Below, in pieces: positions 50,566-60,067 of a stretch of DNA of 64,000 bases. Numbering within the stretch: position 1 is the stretch's first letter; each line of letters begins with the position of its first letter. A program made the translations under genes and the position numbers. Source of the DNA: Altererythrobacter sp. (GTDB lineage: Bacteria > Pseudomonadota > Alphaproteobacteria > Sphingomonadales > Sphingomonadaceae); assembly GCA_031178065.1 (NCBI GenBank), contig JAPSJS010000012.1:2399-66398 (forward strand). The letters are read 5' to 3'. A model generated the notes under the pieces. That model saw nothing but the letters and a program-made list of their open reading frames with translations. It made no database searches and was not told the origin of the DNA.

Positions 50566-52080
50566 ATGAAATTGCACGAGTCGACCCTTTGGCCGGATCA
50601 CGCGGCTCCCGCGCCCGCGTTTTGCGGTGAAGGAGAGCGCGCAAAGGTCATCGGAGCGCACGGCTTCAATTCCCTCGGCGAGGACCCGGAGCTGGCGGAA
50701 ATCACCAGATTCGCGGCGCGCCTGTGCGACGCACCGGTGTCGCTGGTGACGCTGGTCGAATCCGAACGGCAGCGGTTCCTCGCCCGAACCGGGGTCGACA
50801 TCGACGAGACGCCGCGTTCGACCAGCTTCTGCGCCCATGCGATGATGCAGGCCGACATGCTGGTCGTGCCCGATGCGACCAGGGACCCGCGTTTCGCCAA
50901 TTTCGAGCTGGTGACCGGCGAATTTGGGCTGCGCTTCTATGCCGGCGCGCCGCTCGTCTCGGCCGAAGGTGCGCCGATCGGGGCGCTGTGCGTGATCGAT
51001 ACCGCGCCGCGGCCGGACGGGCTGACCGACCTGCAGCGGCACGGTCTCACGGTGCTGGCGCAGGCGGTCAAGCGCCGCATCCAGGCGCGCCGCGAATGGC
51101 GCGAGAGCGAGGCCGAACATGCCCGGCGCAACGCCCAGTTCCGCACGCTGGGCGATTGGCTGCCCGACATCATCTGGTCGTCGGACGGCAAGGGCCGGTT
51201 CGATTACTACAGCGGCCGGTGGGAGAGGGTGACGGGGGCCAAGCCACCGATCGACATCGAAGGCTGGCGGCCGTTCATCCATTCTGACGACTGGGATACG
51301 ACATATGCCGGATGGACCGACTGTTCGGCGCGCGGCGACACGTACGAGGCGGAGTATCGTCTGTGCCAGGCCGACGGCGGCTGGCGCTGGACGATGGCGC
51401 GCGCCCTCCCCGTCAAGGACGAACACGGCACGGTCATGCGCTGGTTCGGCACTCTGACGGATATCGACGAGAAGCGGCGCCAGGCCGACAGCAGCGGTGC
51501 CATCGCGCACGAGATGGCGCACCGGATCAAGAACATCTTCGCGCTGATTTCCGGGCTGGTCTCGGTCCGCACGCGCGGCCGCGCAGAACTGCGCGAGTTC
51601 GGCCAGGATCTCGTCGGCACGATCGCCGCGCTGGGCAAGGCGCAGGACTTCGTACAGCTTTCGGGCGCGGAAGGATCGGGCGACCTGCGCGAGCTGGTCC
51701 GCGGCCTGCTCGAGCCGTTCTCCGGCGAGGAGCCGGCGCATATCTCGGTGGAAGGCGATACGGTGCCGATCGGCTCGCGTTCGGCCACGCCGCTCGCGCT
51801 CGTGCTGCACGAACTGGCGACCAACTCGGTCAAATACGGCGCCCTGTCTGCGGAGAGCGGGCGCGTCACCATCACGCTGCAGGCGGATGGCAAGGACGTC
51901 GTTCTCCGCTGGGTCGAGACCGGCGGACCCGAACCCGTAGTGCACGAAGGGCGTGGGTTCGGCACGCGGCTGATCGACATGAGCGTGACCGCGCAGCTCG
52001 ACGGCAAGGTCGAGCGGGACTGGCGCAAGGAGGGCCTTGCCGTCACGCTGCGCCTCGCGCGCGAGAAGCTCGCCAACTGA
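50566..52080 (+). CDS. GAF-PAS-HWE sensor histidine kinase (no adjacent receiver)
   Basis: GAF (FCAHAM...RFYAGAPL...GALCVID), PAS (WSSDGKGRFDYYSGRWERVTG...WRW), and an HWE H-box AHEMAHRIKNIFALISG with ELATNSVKYGA...GFGTRLI. Confidence 0.85.
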   Translation: MKLHESTLWPDHAAPAPAFCGEGERAKVIGAHGFNSLGEDPELAEITRFAARLCDAPVSLVTLVESERQRFLARTGVDIDETPRSTSFCAHAMMQADMLVVPDATRDPRFANFELVTGEFGLRFYAGAPLVSAEGAPIGALCVIDTAPRPDGLTDLQRHGLTVLAQAVKRRIQARREWRESEAEHARRNAQFRTLGDWLPDIIWSSDGKGRFDYYSGRWERVTGAKPPIDIEGWRPFIHSDDWDTTYAGWTDCSARGDTYEAEYRLCQADGGWRWTMARALPVKDEHGTVMRWFGTLTDIDEKRRQADSSGAIAHEMAHRIKNIFALISGLVSVRTRGRAELREFGQDLVGTIAALGKAQDFVQLSGAEGSGDLRELVRGLLEPFSGEEPAHISVEGDTVPIGSRSATPLALVLHELATNSVKYGALSAESGRVTITLQADGKDVVLRWVETGGPEPVVHEGRGFGTRLIDMSVTAQLDGKVERDWRKEGLAVTLRLAREKLAN

Positions 52081-52122
52081 TCCCGCGCATTGCCGCGGCG
52101 GCTCAGCCCGCCGCATCGCCGT

Positions 52123-53553
52123 CTAGCCGACGCTTTTTCCATCCGCACTAGGCGCTGCGCCGGAAGCGAGCGGCAGCCGGATTTCCGCGCAAAGCCCGCC
52201 CGCCGGGCGGTTGGCGAGGGCAAGCTCGCCGCCATGCTGTTCCGCGATCGCGCGGGCGAGCGTAAGGCCGAGGCCGGCGCCGCCGGTCTCCCGGTTGCGC
52301 GATGCCTCGCCGCGGGTGAAGGGTTCGGTCATCTCCGCGATGCGTCCGTCGGGAATCCCCGGTCCTTCATCGTCGACCCGCAGGATCGCGTGGCCGCCCT
52401 CGCGCAGCAGCGTCACTTCGGCCCCGCCGGCATAGCGCACCGCGTTGGCGATCAGATTGCGCAGGGCCCGGCGCAGCCAGGTGATGTGAACGGGCAGGGC
52501 TATGCGGGTGGTCTGGCCGAGCGTGACCGGATCGCCCATGTCCTCGAACTCCTCGACCACGGCGGCGGTCAGGGCGGCGAGATCGGCCCGCTCGGGCGGC
52601 TCGCTCGCGCGGCCGACGCGGGCTAGCGAGAGGATGTCGTCCAGCGAACGGGTGATGTCCTCGATCGTCGCGGCCATCTTGGCGCGCTCGCCTTCGTCCT
52701 CGACCGATTCGATCCGCACGCGCAGCGCAGAGAGCGGGGTCTTGAGATCGTGTCCGATCGCGCCGAGCATGACGTCCTTCTCGTCGAGCAGCGCGGCGAT
52801 GCGCGCCTCCATCGCGTTGTGCGCGGCGATCAGGCGGCGCACGTCGTGCGGCCCATCGGGGGTGAGCTGGCCGTCGGCGCTTTGCGTGCGGGCGAAGGTC
52901 TCGGTCCGCACGGTCAGCGCCGCGAGCGGGCGCGTGATCTGCCGCAGCAGCAGGAAATGCAGACCGACCAGCAGGATGTAGATCACCAGCGTCTGGAGCA
53001 GGATCGACCCTATCACGCCGCCCTGGCGTGGCGGGATCGGAACGCGCGCGATCATCCAGCCGTCCGCGCCGCTCCGCTTCAGCGCGGCGACCAGCACGCG
53101 CCGGTCCTCCGTGCCGCCCGGCGTCAGCCGCGCGTGCAGCCGAGGCCGCTCGAGGATGTAGGGATCGCGCGACATCGGACGCTCGATCACGATCAGTTCG
53201 GCGACGGAGATGCCTTGATCGACCATGACCGCACGCAGCGCCTCGGCGCGGCCGGCGTCGATCTCGTCGTCAGGCAGCCGCGCGAAGCTCTCCGTCTGTT
53301 CGATGCGTAGCGGCCGCGTGAAGCGGTCGATCAGATGTCGGTAGGGACGGGGAACGCGCCAACGCTCGCCGCCCTCGCTGCGCGGTTCGCCCCGCACGAT
53401 GAAGGCGAAGGCCGCGGCATTGAGGACCGAGGCCTCGCGCCGCGCTTCGGCGGCCTGCCACAGGAGCGCCGCGGAGATCGCCTGGGCGAGCAGCAGCACC
53501 GCCGCGACCGCCAGCAGCATCTGGCCGAGCAGGCTTCGGGGCCAGAAGCGCAT
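52123..53553 (-). CDS. EnvZ-like sensor histidine kinase (periplasmic loop-HAMP-HisKA-HATPase)
   Basis: 476 aa. Two TM segments flank a ~170-aa loop. H-box GAIGHDLKTPLS. N, G1 and G2 boxes (NAVRYAG, DDEGPGI, GGAGLGLTLA). Confidence 0.85.
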   Translation of the reverse strand: MRFWPRSLLGQMLLAVAAVLLLAQAISAALLWQAAEARREASVLNAAAFAFIVRGEPRSEGGERWRVPRPYRHLIDRFTRPLRIEQTESFARLPDDEIDAGRAEALRAVMVDQGISVAELIVIERPMSRDPYILERPRLHARLTPGGTEDRRVLVAALKRSGADGWMIARVPIPPRQGGVIGSILLQTLVIYILLVGLHFLLLRQITRPLAALTVRTETFARTQSADGQLTPDGPHDVRRLIAAHNAMEARIAALLDEKDVMLGAIGHDLKTPLSALRVRIESVEDEGERAKMAATIEDITRSLDDILSLARVGRASEPPERADLAALTAAVVEEFEDMGDPVTLGQTTRIALPVHITWLRRALRNLIANAVRYAGGAEVTLLREGGHAILRVDDEGPGIPDGRIAEMTEPFTRGEASRNRETGGAGLGLTLARAIAEQHGGELALANRPAGGLCAEIRLPLASGAAPSADGKSVG

Positions 53554-53555
53554 GA

Positions 53556-54290
53556 TCAGCCGCGTTCCCGCGCGGCGCGGCGCACGTCGGCGGCGAAGCG
53601 GTAGCCGCCCCCGCGGACGGTCTGGATGAAATGGGGGCTGCGGCTGTCTTCCTCGATCTTGCGGCGCAGGCGGCTGACCTGATTATCGACCGCGCGGTCG
53701 AACAGATGCGCCTCGCGCCCCTGCACCATGTCGAGCAGCTTGTCGCGGTCGAGCACCTGGCGCGCGTGGTCGAGGAAGGCGCGCAGCAGGCGGAACTCGG
53801 CGGTGGAGATAGGCACGACCGCGCCTTCGGGATCGGTCAGCTTGCGCTTGAGCGGGTCGAGCCGCCAGCCTTCGAACAGGTAGTGCGCGTCGCTCTCGGC
53901 CGGAGCGGCGGAGCGCCCGGCGCGGCGCAGGACCGAGCGGATGCGGGCGACGAGTTCGCGCGGCTCGAACGGCTTCACGACATAATCGTCGGCGCCGATC
54001 TCCAGCCCGACGATGCGGTCCGTCGCCTCGCCTCTGGCGGTCAGGAAGATCACCGGCAGATCGCGCGATTCGACCAGGTGGCGGCAGAGCGACAGCCCGT
54101 CCTCCCCCGGCATCATGATGTCGAGCAGCACGAGGTCGGGGACATCGTCGATCAGCGCACTGCGCGCCGCGGCAGCGCTGGGCGCCTGCCGCACGACGAA
54201 GCCCTGGCGGGCCAGATATTCCGCCAGGGGTTCGCGCAGGCTGGCCTCGTCGTCGACCAGCAGCAGGCGTGTGAGCGCGGTTTCGTCCAT
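53556..54290 (-). CDS. OmpR-family response regulator
   Basis: 244 aa. Receiver (LLVDDE, DLVLLDIMMPGEDG, KPF) plus a winged-helix domain (VSRLRRKIE...IQTVRGGGYRF). Confidence 0.9.
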   Translation of the reverse strand: MDETALTRLLLVDDEASLREPLAEYLARQGFVVRQAPSAAAARSALIDDVPDLVLLDIMMPGEDGLSLCRHLVESRDLPVIFLTARGEATDRIVGLEIGADDYVVKPFEPRELVARIRSVLRRAGRSAAPAESDAHYLFEGWRLDPLKRKLTDPEGAVVPISTAEFRLLRAFLDHARQVLDRDKLLDMVQGREAHLFDRAVDNQVSRLRRKIEEDSRSPHFIQTVRGGGYRFAADVRRAARERG

Positions 54291-54339
54291 CGTCTCCCCG
54301 CCTAGGCCTTCGACTGGCCGGCGATCAAGCGAGCTGCGT

Positions 54340-55044
54340 TCAGCCGGCCTGTCGCGCGGCGCGGCGTTCCTTCATCCGCTCGCGCATGGCGCCACGGGCG
54401 GCCTTGCGTTCGGCTGCGGTGATCGTGCCGTCGCCGTCGGCATCCGAGCGGGCGAAACGGCGCTCGAGCGCGGCGTCGAACTCGGCGCGCGTGACCGCCT
54501 TGTCGCCATCGGCGTCGGCCCCGCGCAGCATCGCCATGCCCATCGCACGGCCGCCGCGGCGGCCATGGGCCATCTTGCGGGCGCCGCGTTCGCCCCGCGC
54601 TTCGCTACGCGCCTCGCGCGCCGCCTGCATTTCGGCCTGGGACACCCCGCCGCTGCCGTCGGTGTCGAGCCGCGCGAAGCGCTGGGTGCGGCGCTCTTCG
54701 CGCTTTTCGGCGTACTCCGCACGGCGTTCGGCCATTCTCGCACGGCGCTCGGCGCGATGCGCGTCCATCTCGGCCTGGGTCACCTCGCCATCGCCGTCGG
54801 CATCGAGCCGCGCAAAGCGCTCGGCCTTGCGCGCCTCGCGGTCGGCGGCGTCGAGCCTGCCGTCGCCATTGGCGTCGAGCCGTTCGAACATGGCGCCCGC
54901 GTGGGCGGCCATCTCGGCGCGCGTGACGTTGCCGTCGCGGTCCACATCGGGGCCGTGGCGATTGCGGTCATGCTGCGCGAGACCGGCGGTCGCACCGCCC
55001 AGCACGAGCGCGGCTGCGGAAAGGGAAAGGGCAACCTTCTTCAT
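54340..55044 (-). CDS. Secreted multi-EF-hand calcium-binding protein (six DxDxDG loops)
   Basis: Signal peptide MKKVALSLSAAALVLGGATAGLA. Loops DVDRDGNVTRAE, DANGDGRLDAAD, DADGDGEVTQAE, DTDGSGGVSQAE, DADGDKAVTRAE and DADGDGTITAAE. SD GGAGG upstream. Confidence 0.8.
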   Translation of the reverse strand: MKKVALSLSAAALVLGGATAGLAQHDRNRHGPDVDRDGNVTRAEMAAHAGAMFERLDANGDGRLDAADREARKAERFARLDADGDGEVTQAEMDAHRAERRARMAERRAEYAEKREERRTQRFARLDTDGSGGVSQAEMQAAREARSEARGERGARKMAHGRRGGRAMGMAMLRGADADGDKAVTRAEFDAALERRFARSDADGDGTITAAERKAARGAMRERMKERRAARQAG

Positions 55045-55145
55045 CGTCGAACCTCCGTTCGGGGAAAGGTTGAACTGCGAGGCCGCCCGGAAGGGGGGAG
55101 GTAGGAGGCGGCTCCCGCAGCTCAGAGTGCCTTTCTAGCCCGCGA

Positions 55146-55196
55146 TTGTCGCAGGATTATCCCGCGAAAGAGCGCAAGTGTCGCGGTTTGTCGCAG
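55146..55196 (-). promoter_or_regulatory. Direct TGTCGC repeats upstream of the EF-hand/two-component operon (candidate response-regulator site)
   Basis: TTGTCGCAG at 55146-54 and 55188-96. GTGTCGCGG at 55178-86, 10 bp from the last copy. Confidence 0.3.
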
Positions 55197-55246
55197 CGCC
55201 GGCGCCGCGTTCAACCACGCGCAAGGATCGGGAGCCGCGGTGCGGC

Positions 55247-55642
55247 CTAGCGGGGCCGGTGCTCGGTCCCTTCGCCCGCGGTGATAAACAGCGCCGCCGC
55301 CTCGCCCTCGACATCCGCCGTGTGCCAGGTCCCCGGGGGATTGATCGCATATTCCCCGCGCCCCAGCGTCACCGTCGCGGTCGAGCCGTCGGCATGTTCC
55401 TGATGCAGCGTCAGCGCGCCTTCGAGACACAGCACGACCTCGTCGCCCACCGGGTGCATCTCCCAGCTGTCCCACGGCTGGGTGAAGCGATGGAAGCTCA
55501 CCAGCCGCCCCTCCTTCCCGTCGGCGGCATGGCGCGCGACATAGTCACCGTACCATTCCATGCCGGTGAACTCGGGCTCGCTCACCGCCGCAGCGCCGAG
55601 CCCGAGGTGGATCGGAAACCGCTCGATCGAGGTCCCGCCCAT
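55247..55642 (-). CDS. Cupin domain protein
   Basis: 131 aa. WEMHPVGDEVVLCLEGALTL...PPGTWHTADV. Confidence 0.65.
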   Translation of the reverse strand: MGGTSIERFPIHLGLGAAAVSEPEFTGMEWYGDYVARHAADGKEGRLVSFHRFTQPWDSWEMHPVGDEVVLCLEGALTLHQEHADGSTATVTLGRGEYAINPPGTWHTADVEGEAAALFITAGEGTEHRPR

Positions 55643-56037
55643 CAGCCCTGCACCATGCAGAATGCGCTGAGCTTGTTGCCCTCGCGATCGCGGAAATAGG
55701 CGGCGTAGAACGTATTGCCCTGCGCGTCCGGCTCGCCGCGCGGCCCGGGCGCACCCTCGTCGCTGCCACCGTTGGCGAGCGCGATCTCGTGGAGCCGCCG
55801 GACCTGCTCGGAATCCTTTGCCTGAAGCGCGGCCATGGCCCCGTTGCCGGCCGTCGCCGCGTTGCCGTCGTAAGGCTTGACCAGCGAGATGCCCGCACCG
55901 CCGCCGCCCAGTTCGCCCCAGACGACGAAGGTGTCGAAATCCATGATCCTGCCGGCCCCCAGCTCTGCGGCGAGCGCGTCGTAGAACCCGGCGTTACCCT
56001 GCAGGTCGTTGGTCCCCAGCGTTACGTAACCGATCAT
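55642..56037 (-). CDS. VOC (glyoxalase/bleomycin-resistance) family protein
   Basis: 131 aa. MIGYVTLGTNDL...FYAAYFRDREGNKL. Its stop shares 1 nt with the cupin start. Confidence 0.75.
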   Translation of the reverse strand: MIGYVTLGTNDLQGNAGFYDALAAELGAGRIMDFDTFVVWGELGGGGAGISLVKPYDGNAATAGNGAMAALQAKDSEQVRRLHEIALANGGSDEGAPGPRGEPDAQGNTFYAAYFRDREGNKLSAFCMVQG

Positions 56038-56107
56038 CGCATCTCTCCCATCTGCGACTCGCGACCGTGGGAACATTACCGGAACATAGACGTGTAGGAA
56101 AGGCTTT

Positions 56108-57913
56108 TCAGAGCGGCCGGCAAGCCTCCTCGAGCCAGGCGAGCGCCTCGCCCTCGAGCTGCGGCGCGAGGATCTCGCGGGTCTTCGCGTGGTAGGCATT
56201 CCACCAGGCGATTTCCTCCTCCGTCAGCAGCGAGCGCTCGACCAGCGTGCGGTCGATCGGCACGAACGTGAGCGTCTCGAACCCGAGCCACTCGCCTTCG
56301 CCGCCGCGAATGTCGCGCTTCACGGTCAGGATCAGGTTCTCGATGCGAATGCCGTATTCGCCGCCCTTGTAGTAGCCGGGCTCGTTCGAGAGGATCATGC
56401 CGGCGTGGAGCTCCTGCCCCGTACCGGCCTGTCCGCCACTCGCCTTGGCGATGCGCTGCGGCCCCTCGTGGACCCCGAGGTAGCTGCCGACGCCGTGCCC
56501 CGTGCCGTGGCCGTAGTCGACCCCCGCCTGCCACAGGAACTGCCGCGCGAAAGCGTCGAGCTGGCTGCCGTTGGTCCCTTGCGGGAACGTCGCGCGGTCG
56601 ATCGCGATATGCCCCTTGAGCACGCGGGTGAAGCGGTCCCTCTGCTCCGCCGTCGGCTCGCCGGGCGCGATCCACACCGTGCGCGTGATGTCGGTCGTCC
56701 CGTCGAGGTACTGCCCGCCCGAATCACACAGGAAGATGCTGCCCGGCTCGATCGGCAGGTTCGATTCCTCGTCGACCCGATAGTGCGGGATCGCCGCATG
56801 CGGCCCGGCGGCGGAGATCGTGTCGAAGCTGTTGTCCTTGAGCGCACCGGTGGCGAGGCGGAACTCCTGCAGCTTGGCCGCGGCGGAAAGCTCGGTCTCG
56901 CCGCCCTTGGGCGCCGCGACCGAGAGCCAGTGGAGGTACCGCGCAACCGCCGCGCCGTCGCGTTCCTGTGCCCGTCGGTGCCCTTCTTGCTCGATCGGGT
57001 TCTTGATCGCCTTGGGCAGGATCACCGGATCGCGCTCCGCGACCGGCTTCGCACCCGCATCCTCGAGCAGGCGGAAGATCGCCGCCACGCCGTAGTCGGG
57101 ATCGACCGAAACGGTCTTGCCCTTCATCCCGCTGAGGGAGTTCTCGAACGCGCTGCGCGCGCGGATCGTCACCGCGTTGCCGAGGTGTTTCTCGAGCTCG
57201 GGAGTGACTTTCTCGGGCGCGATGAACAGCTCCGCCGTCCCGTCGCTGTGCGCGATGAGATAGGACAGCGCGACCGGCGTCCGCTCGACGTCGGCACCGC
57301 GAATGTTGAGCAGCCAGGCGATCGAATCGAGCGCAGAGACGACGGTGGCGTCATAGCCTTCGCTCTTGAGCCAGTCGGCGACTTCGGCGCGCTTCTCCGC
57401 GCTCGAACGGCCGGCGTGCTCGTCCCCATGGACCAGCGCAGGTGCCGGAGACGGGTCAGGCCGGTCGGCCCACACGGCGTCGACCGGATTGCTGTCGACT
57501 GCAATAAGCTCGCTGCCCTTCTTCGCCAGCGCCTTGCCGACCTGGTCAGCCCAGCCTTTGGTGTGGAGCCAGGGGTCGAACCCGATCTTCGCGCCTTCGG
57601 GCGCATTCTCCGCGATCCACTTGCCCATCGAGACCTGCGGCACCAGGCAATAGTCGTAGAGCTTCCCGTCGACCTGCTCGCGCACCTGGATCGTGTAGCG
57701 TCCGTCGATGAACATCGCCGCCTTGTCGCGCAGCACGACCGCGCTGCCGGCCGAGCCGCCGAAGCCGGTCAGCCAGGCGAGGCGCTGGGCATAGCCGCCG
57801 ATGTACTCGCTCATGTGCTCGTCGGAGATCGGAACGACGAAACCATCCAGCCCCCGTCGCTTCAGTTCCTCGCGCAGGGCGGTGAGGCGGGCTTCGTGGG
57901 TTTGCATCAGCAT
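56108..57913 (-). CDS. Xaa-Pro aminopeptidase (M24B, aminopeptidase P family)
   Basis: About 600 aa. Creatinase-like N-terminal domains plus an M24 domain (HGTGHGVGSYLGVHEGP, SNEPGYY, IRIENL). I chose the start MLMQTHE (SD GAAAGGA). Confidence 0.85.
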   Translation of the reverse strand: MLMQTHEARLTALREELKRRGLDGFVVPISDEHMSEYIGGYAQRLAWLTGFGGSAGSAVVLRDKAAMFIDGRYTIQVREQVDGKLYDYCLVPQVSMGKWIAENAPEGAKIGFDPWLHTKGWADQVGKALAKKGSELIAVDSNPVDAVWADRPDPSPAPALVHGDEHAGRSSAEKRAEVADWLKSEGYDATVVSALDSIAWLLNIRGADVERTPVALSYLIAHSDGTAELFIAPEKVTPELEKHLGNAVTIRARSAFENSLSGMKGKTVSVDPDYGVAAIFRLLEDAGAKPVAERDPVILPKAIKNPIEQEGHRRAQERDGAAVARYLHWLSVAAPKGGETELSAAAKLQEFRLATGALKDNSFDTISAAGPHAAIPHYRVDEESNLPIEPGSIFLCDSGGQYLDGTTDITRTVWIAPGEPTAEQRDRFTRVLKGHIAIDRATFPQGTNGSQLDAFARQFLWQAGVDYGHGTGHGVGSYLGVHEGPQRIAKASGGQAGTGQELHAGMILSNEPGYYKGGEYGIRIENLILTVKRDIRGGEGEWLGFETLTFVPIDRTLVERSLLTEEEIAWWNAYHAKTREILAPQLEGEALAWLEEACRPL

Positions 57914-57950
57914 GGTTGCGGTCCTTTCGTGGCCCACATAGAGGCGCAGG

Positions 57951-60065
57951 ATGGATCATGCCACCGAACAATCCGTATTTGGGCCGCCCATCGCGGAGAA
58001 GCGGCCCGTTACTGCAACGCATCACGGGCTCGAGATTTCCGACGACTACGCCTGGCTGCGCGATCCCGGCTATCCGGTAGTCGACGATGCCGAGGTCCTC
58101 GCTCACCTCGCGGCGGAGAACGCCTGGTTCGAAGCGCGGATGAAGCCCTACCGCCCCTTGGTCGACACGCTGTTCAAGGAGATGCGGGCGCGGATCAAGG
58201 AAGCGGACAAGTCGGTCCCGCAGAAGGACGGCGACTGGCTCTACTGGATCGAGTTCGAGGAAGGCGCCGAGTACAAGAAATGGTGGCGACGCCCGGTCGG
58301 TGCGCCCGACGACGGCAGCGCCGACGTGCTCATCCTCGACGAACCCGCGCTGGCCGAGGGCAAGGAATACTTCCGCGTCGGTGCGCTGTCGGTCAGCCAG
58401 GACGGCAGCAAGCTCGCCTATTCGATCGACGACAGCGGGTCGGAACGTTTCACCCTGCGGATCAAGGATCTCGCCACCGGCGAGATCCTGCCCGACGAGA
58501 TTCCCGGCACGCTCTCCGCACTGGTCTGGGTCGCAGGGGACAACGGGATCGTCTACTCGCTCGCCAACGAGCAGTGGCGGACGGACAACGCGCGGCTCCA
58601 CTGGCTCGGTAAGCCTGCCGAGGAGGACGTCGAGCTCTATCACGAGGACGACGAGGGCTTCCGCGTCGGCTCGACGCTCTCGGCGGACGACAAGTGGCTG
58701 ATCGTCGGCACCAGCGATCACGAGACGAGCGAGGTCCGCCTGATCCCCGCCGACGATCCCCTGGCCGAGCCGCTGCTGGTCCATGCGCGGCGCAAGGGCG
58801 TGGAGTACGACGTCGACACCAACGGCGAGACGCTGTTCATCCACGCCAACGATACGCACGAGAACTTCCGCCTCGCAACCGCACCGCTCGCCGATCCGTC
58901 CGACTGGACGACGCTGATCGAGGGTTCGGACGAATTCTACCTCACCGGCTTTGCGCTGTTCCGCGACGTCTACGTCGTCGAAGGGCGGCAGGCGGGCCTC
59001 GATACGATCGAGGTGCGGTACTACGACGATCCCGAGCGGGTCGAGCCGATCGCCTTCCCGGAGGAGAGCTACACCGCCGGGCTCGGCAACAATCCCGAGT
59101 TCGCGACCGACGCGCTGCGGCTGTCCTACGAAAGCATGGTCAGCCCCTCGACCGTCTACGACTACCACGTGGCGGAGCGGCGGCTCGAAACGCTGAAAGT
59201 GCAGGAGATCCCGTCCGGCTACGACGCCTCGCTCTACCGCACCGAGCGGATCGAGATCGCGGCGCGCGACGGAACGCCGATCCCGGTTTCGATCCTCTAC
59301 CGTGCCGACCGTGCAGGCGCGGGCCCGTTGCACCTCTACGGCTACGGCGCCTACGGCATCGCCATTCCGCCGGGCTTCTCGACGACGCGGTTCAGCCTGG
59401 TTGACCGCGGCTTCGCCTATGCCATCGCGCACATCCGGGGAGGCGACGATCTCGGCCGCGCCTGGTACAAGGCCGGGAAGCTGGAGCGGCGGGTCAACAC
59501 CTTCACCGACTTCGTCGACGTGGCGAAGGGGCTGATCGCGCGCGGTCATACCGAGGCCGGCAAGATCAGCATCTCGGGCGGCTCCGCCGGCGGCGAGCTG
59601 ATGGGCGCGGTGATCAACTCCGATCCCGAACTCTGGGGCGCGGTCGTCGCCCACGTACCCTTCGTCGACGTGCTCAACACCATGCTCGACGCGAGCCTGC
59701 CGCTGACGCCGGGCGAATGGCCCGAGTGGGGCAATCCGGTCGAGGACAAAACGGCGTTCGAGCTGATCCGCAGCTACAGCCCCTACGAGAACGTGCGCGC
59801 ACAGGCCTATCCGCCTATGCTGGTGACCGCCGGGCTCAACGATCCGCGGGTGACTTATTGGGAACCGGCCAAATGGGTCGCCCGCCTGCGCGAACTCAGG
59901 ACCGACGACAACGAGCTCCTGCTCAAGACCAATATGGGCGCGGGCCACGGCGGCAAGTCCGGGCGGTTCGAGAGTCTCGAGGAGACCGCCGAGGAGTTCG
60001 CCTTCATCCTGTGGCAGATGGGTATGGCGGCCATACCCTCAAGCAGTGAAGCGGTAGGGCGATAA
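57951..60065 (+). CDS. ptrB: Oligopeptidase B (S9A prolyl oligopeptidase family)
   Basis: 704 aa. Beta-propeller plus catalytic domain with GGSAGG nucleophile and DPRV...H. Confidence 0.85.
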   Translation: MDHATEQSVFGPPIAEKRPVTATHHGLEISDDYAWLRDPGYPVVDDAEVLAHLAAENAWFEARMKPYRPLVDTLFKEMRARIKEADKSVPQKDGDWLYWIEFEEGAEYKKWWRRPVGAPDDGSADVLILDEPALAEGKEYFRVGALSVSQDGSKLAYSIDDSGSERFTLRIKDLATGEILPDEIPGTLSALVWVAGDNGIVYSLANEQWRTDNARLHWLGKPAEEDVELYHEDDEGFRVGSTLSADDKWLIVGTSDHETSEVRLIPADDPLAEPLLVHARRKGVEYDVDTNGETLFIHANDTHENFRLATAPLADPSDWTTLIEGSDEFYLTGFALFRDVYVVEGRQAGLDTIEVRYYDDPERVEPIAFPEESYTAGLGNNPEFATDALRLSYESMVSPSTVYDYHVAERRLETLKVQEIPSGYDASLYRTERIEIAARDGTPIPVSILYRADRAGAGPLHLYGYGAYGIAIPPGFSTTRFSLVDRGFAYAIAHIRGGDDLGRAWYKAGKLERRVNTFTDFVDVAKGLIARGHTEAGKISISGGSAGGELMGAVINSDPELWGAVVAHVPFVDVLNTMLDASLPLTPGEWPEWGNPVEDKTAFELIRSYSPYENVRAQAYPPMLVTAGLNDPRVTYWEPAKWVARLRELRTDDNELLLKTNMGAGHGGKSGRFESLEETAEEFAFILWQMGMAAIPSSSEAVGR

Positions 60066-60067
60066 AA

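Noticed and set aside
54340-55044. Periodic DNA repeats that could be mistaken for a tandem-repeat or CRISPR-like array
   Set aside because: The periodicity is the coding repeat of six EF-hand loops within one intact, signal-peptide-bearing ORF. The repeats are divergent at the DNA level, and there is no spacer/repeat structure.
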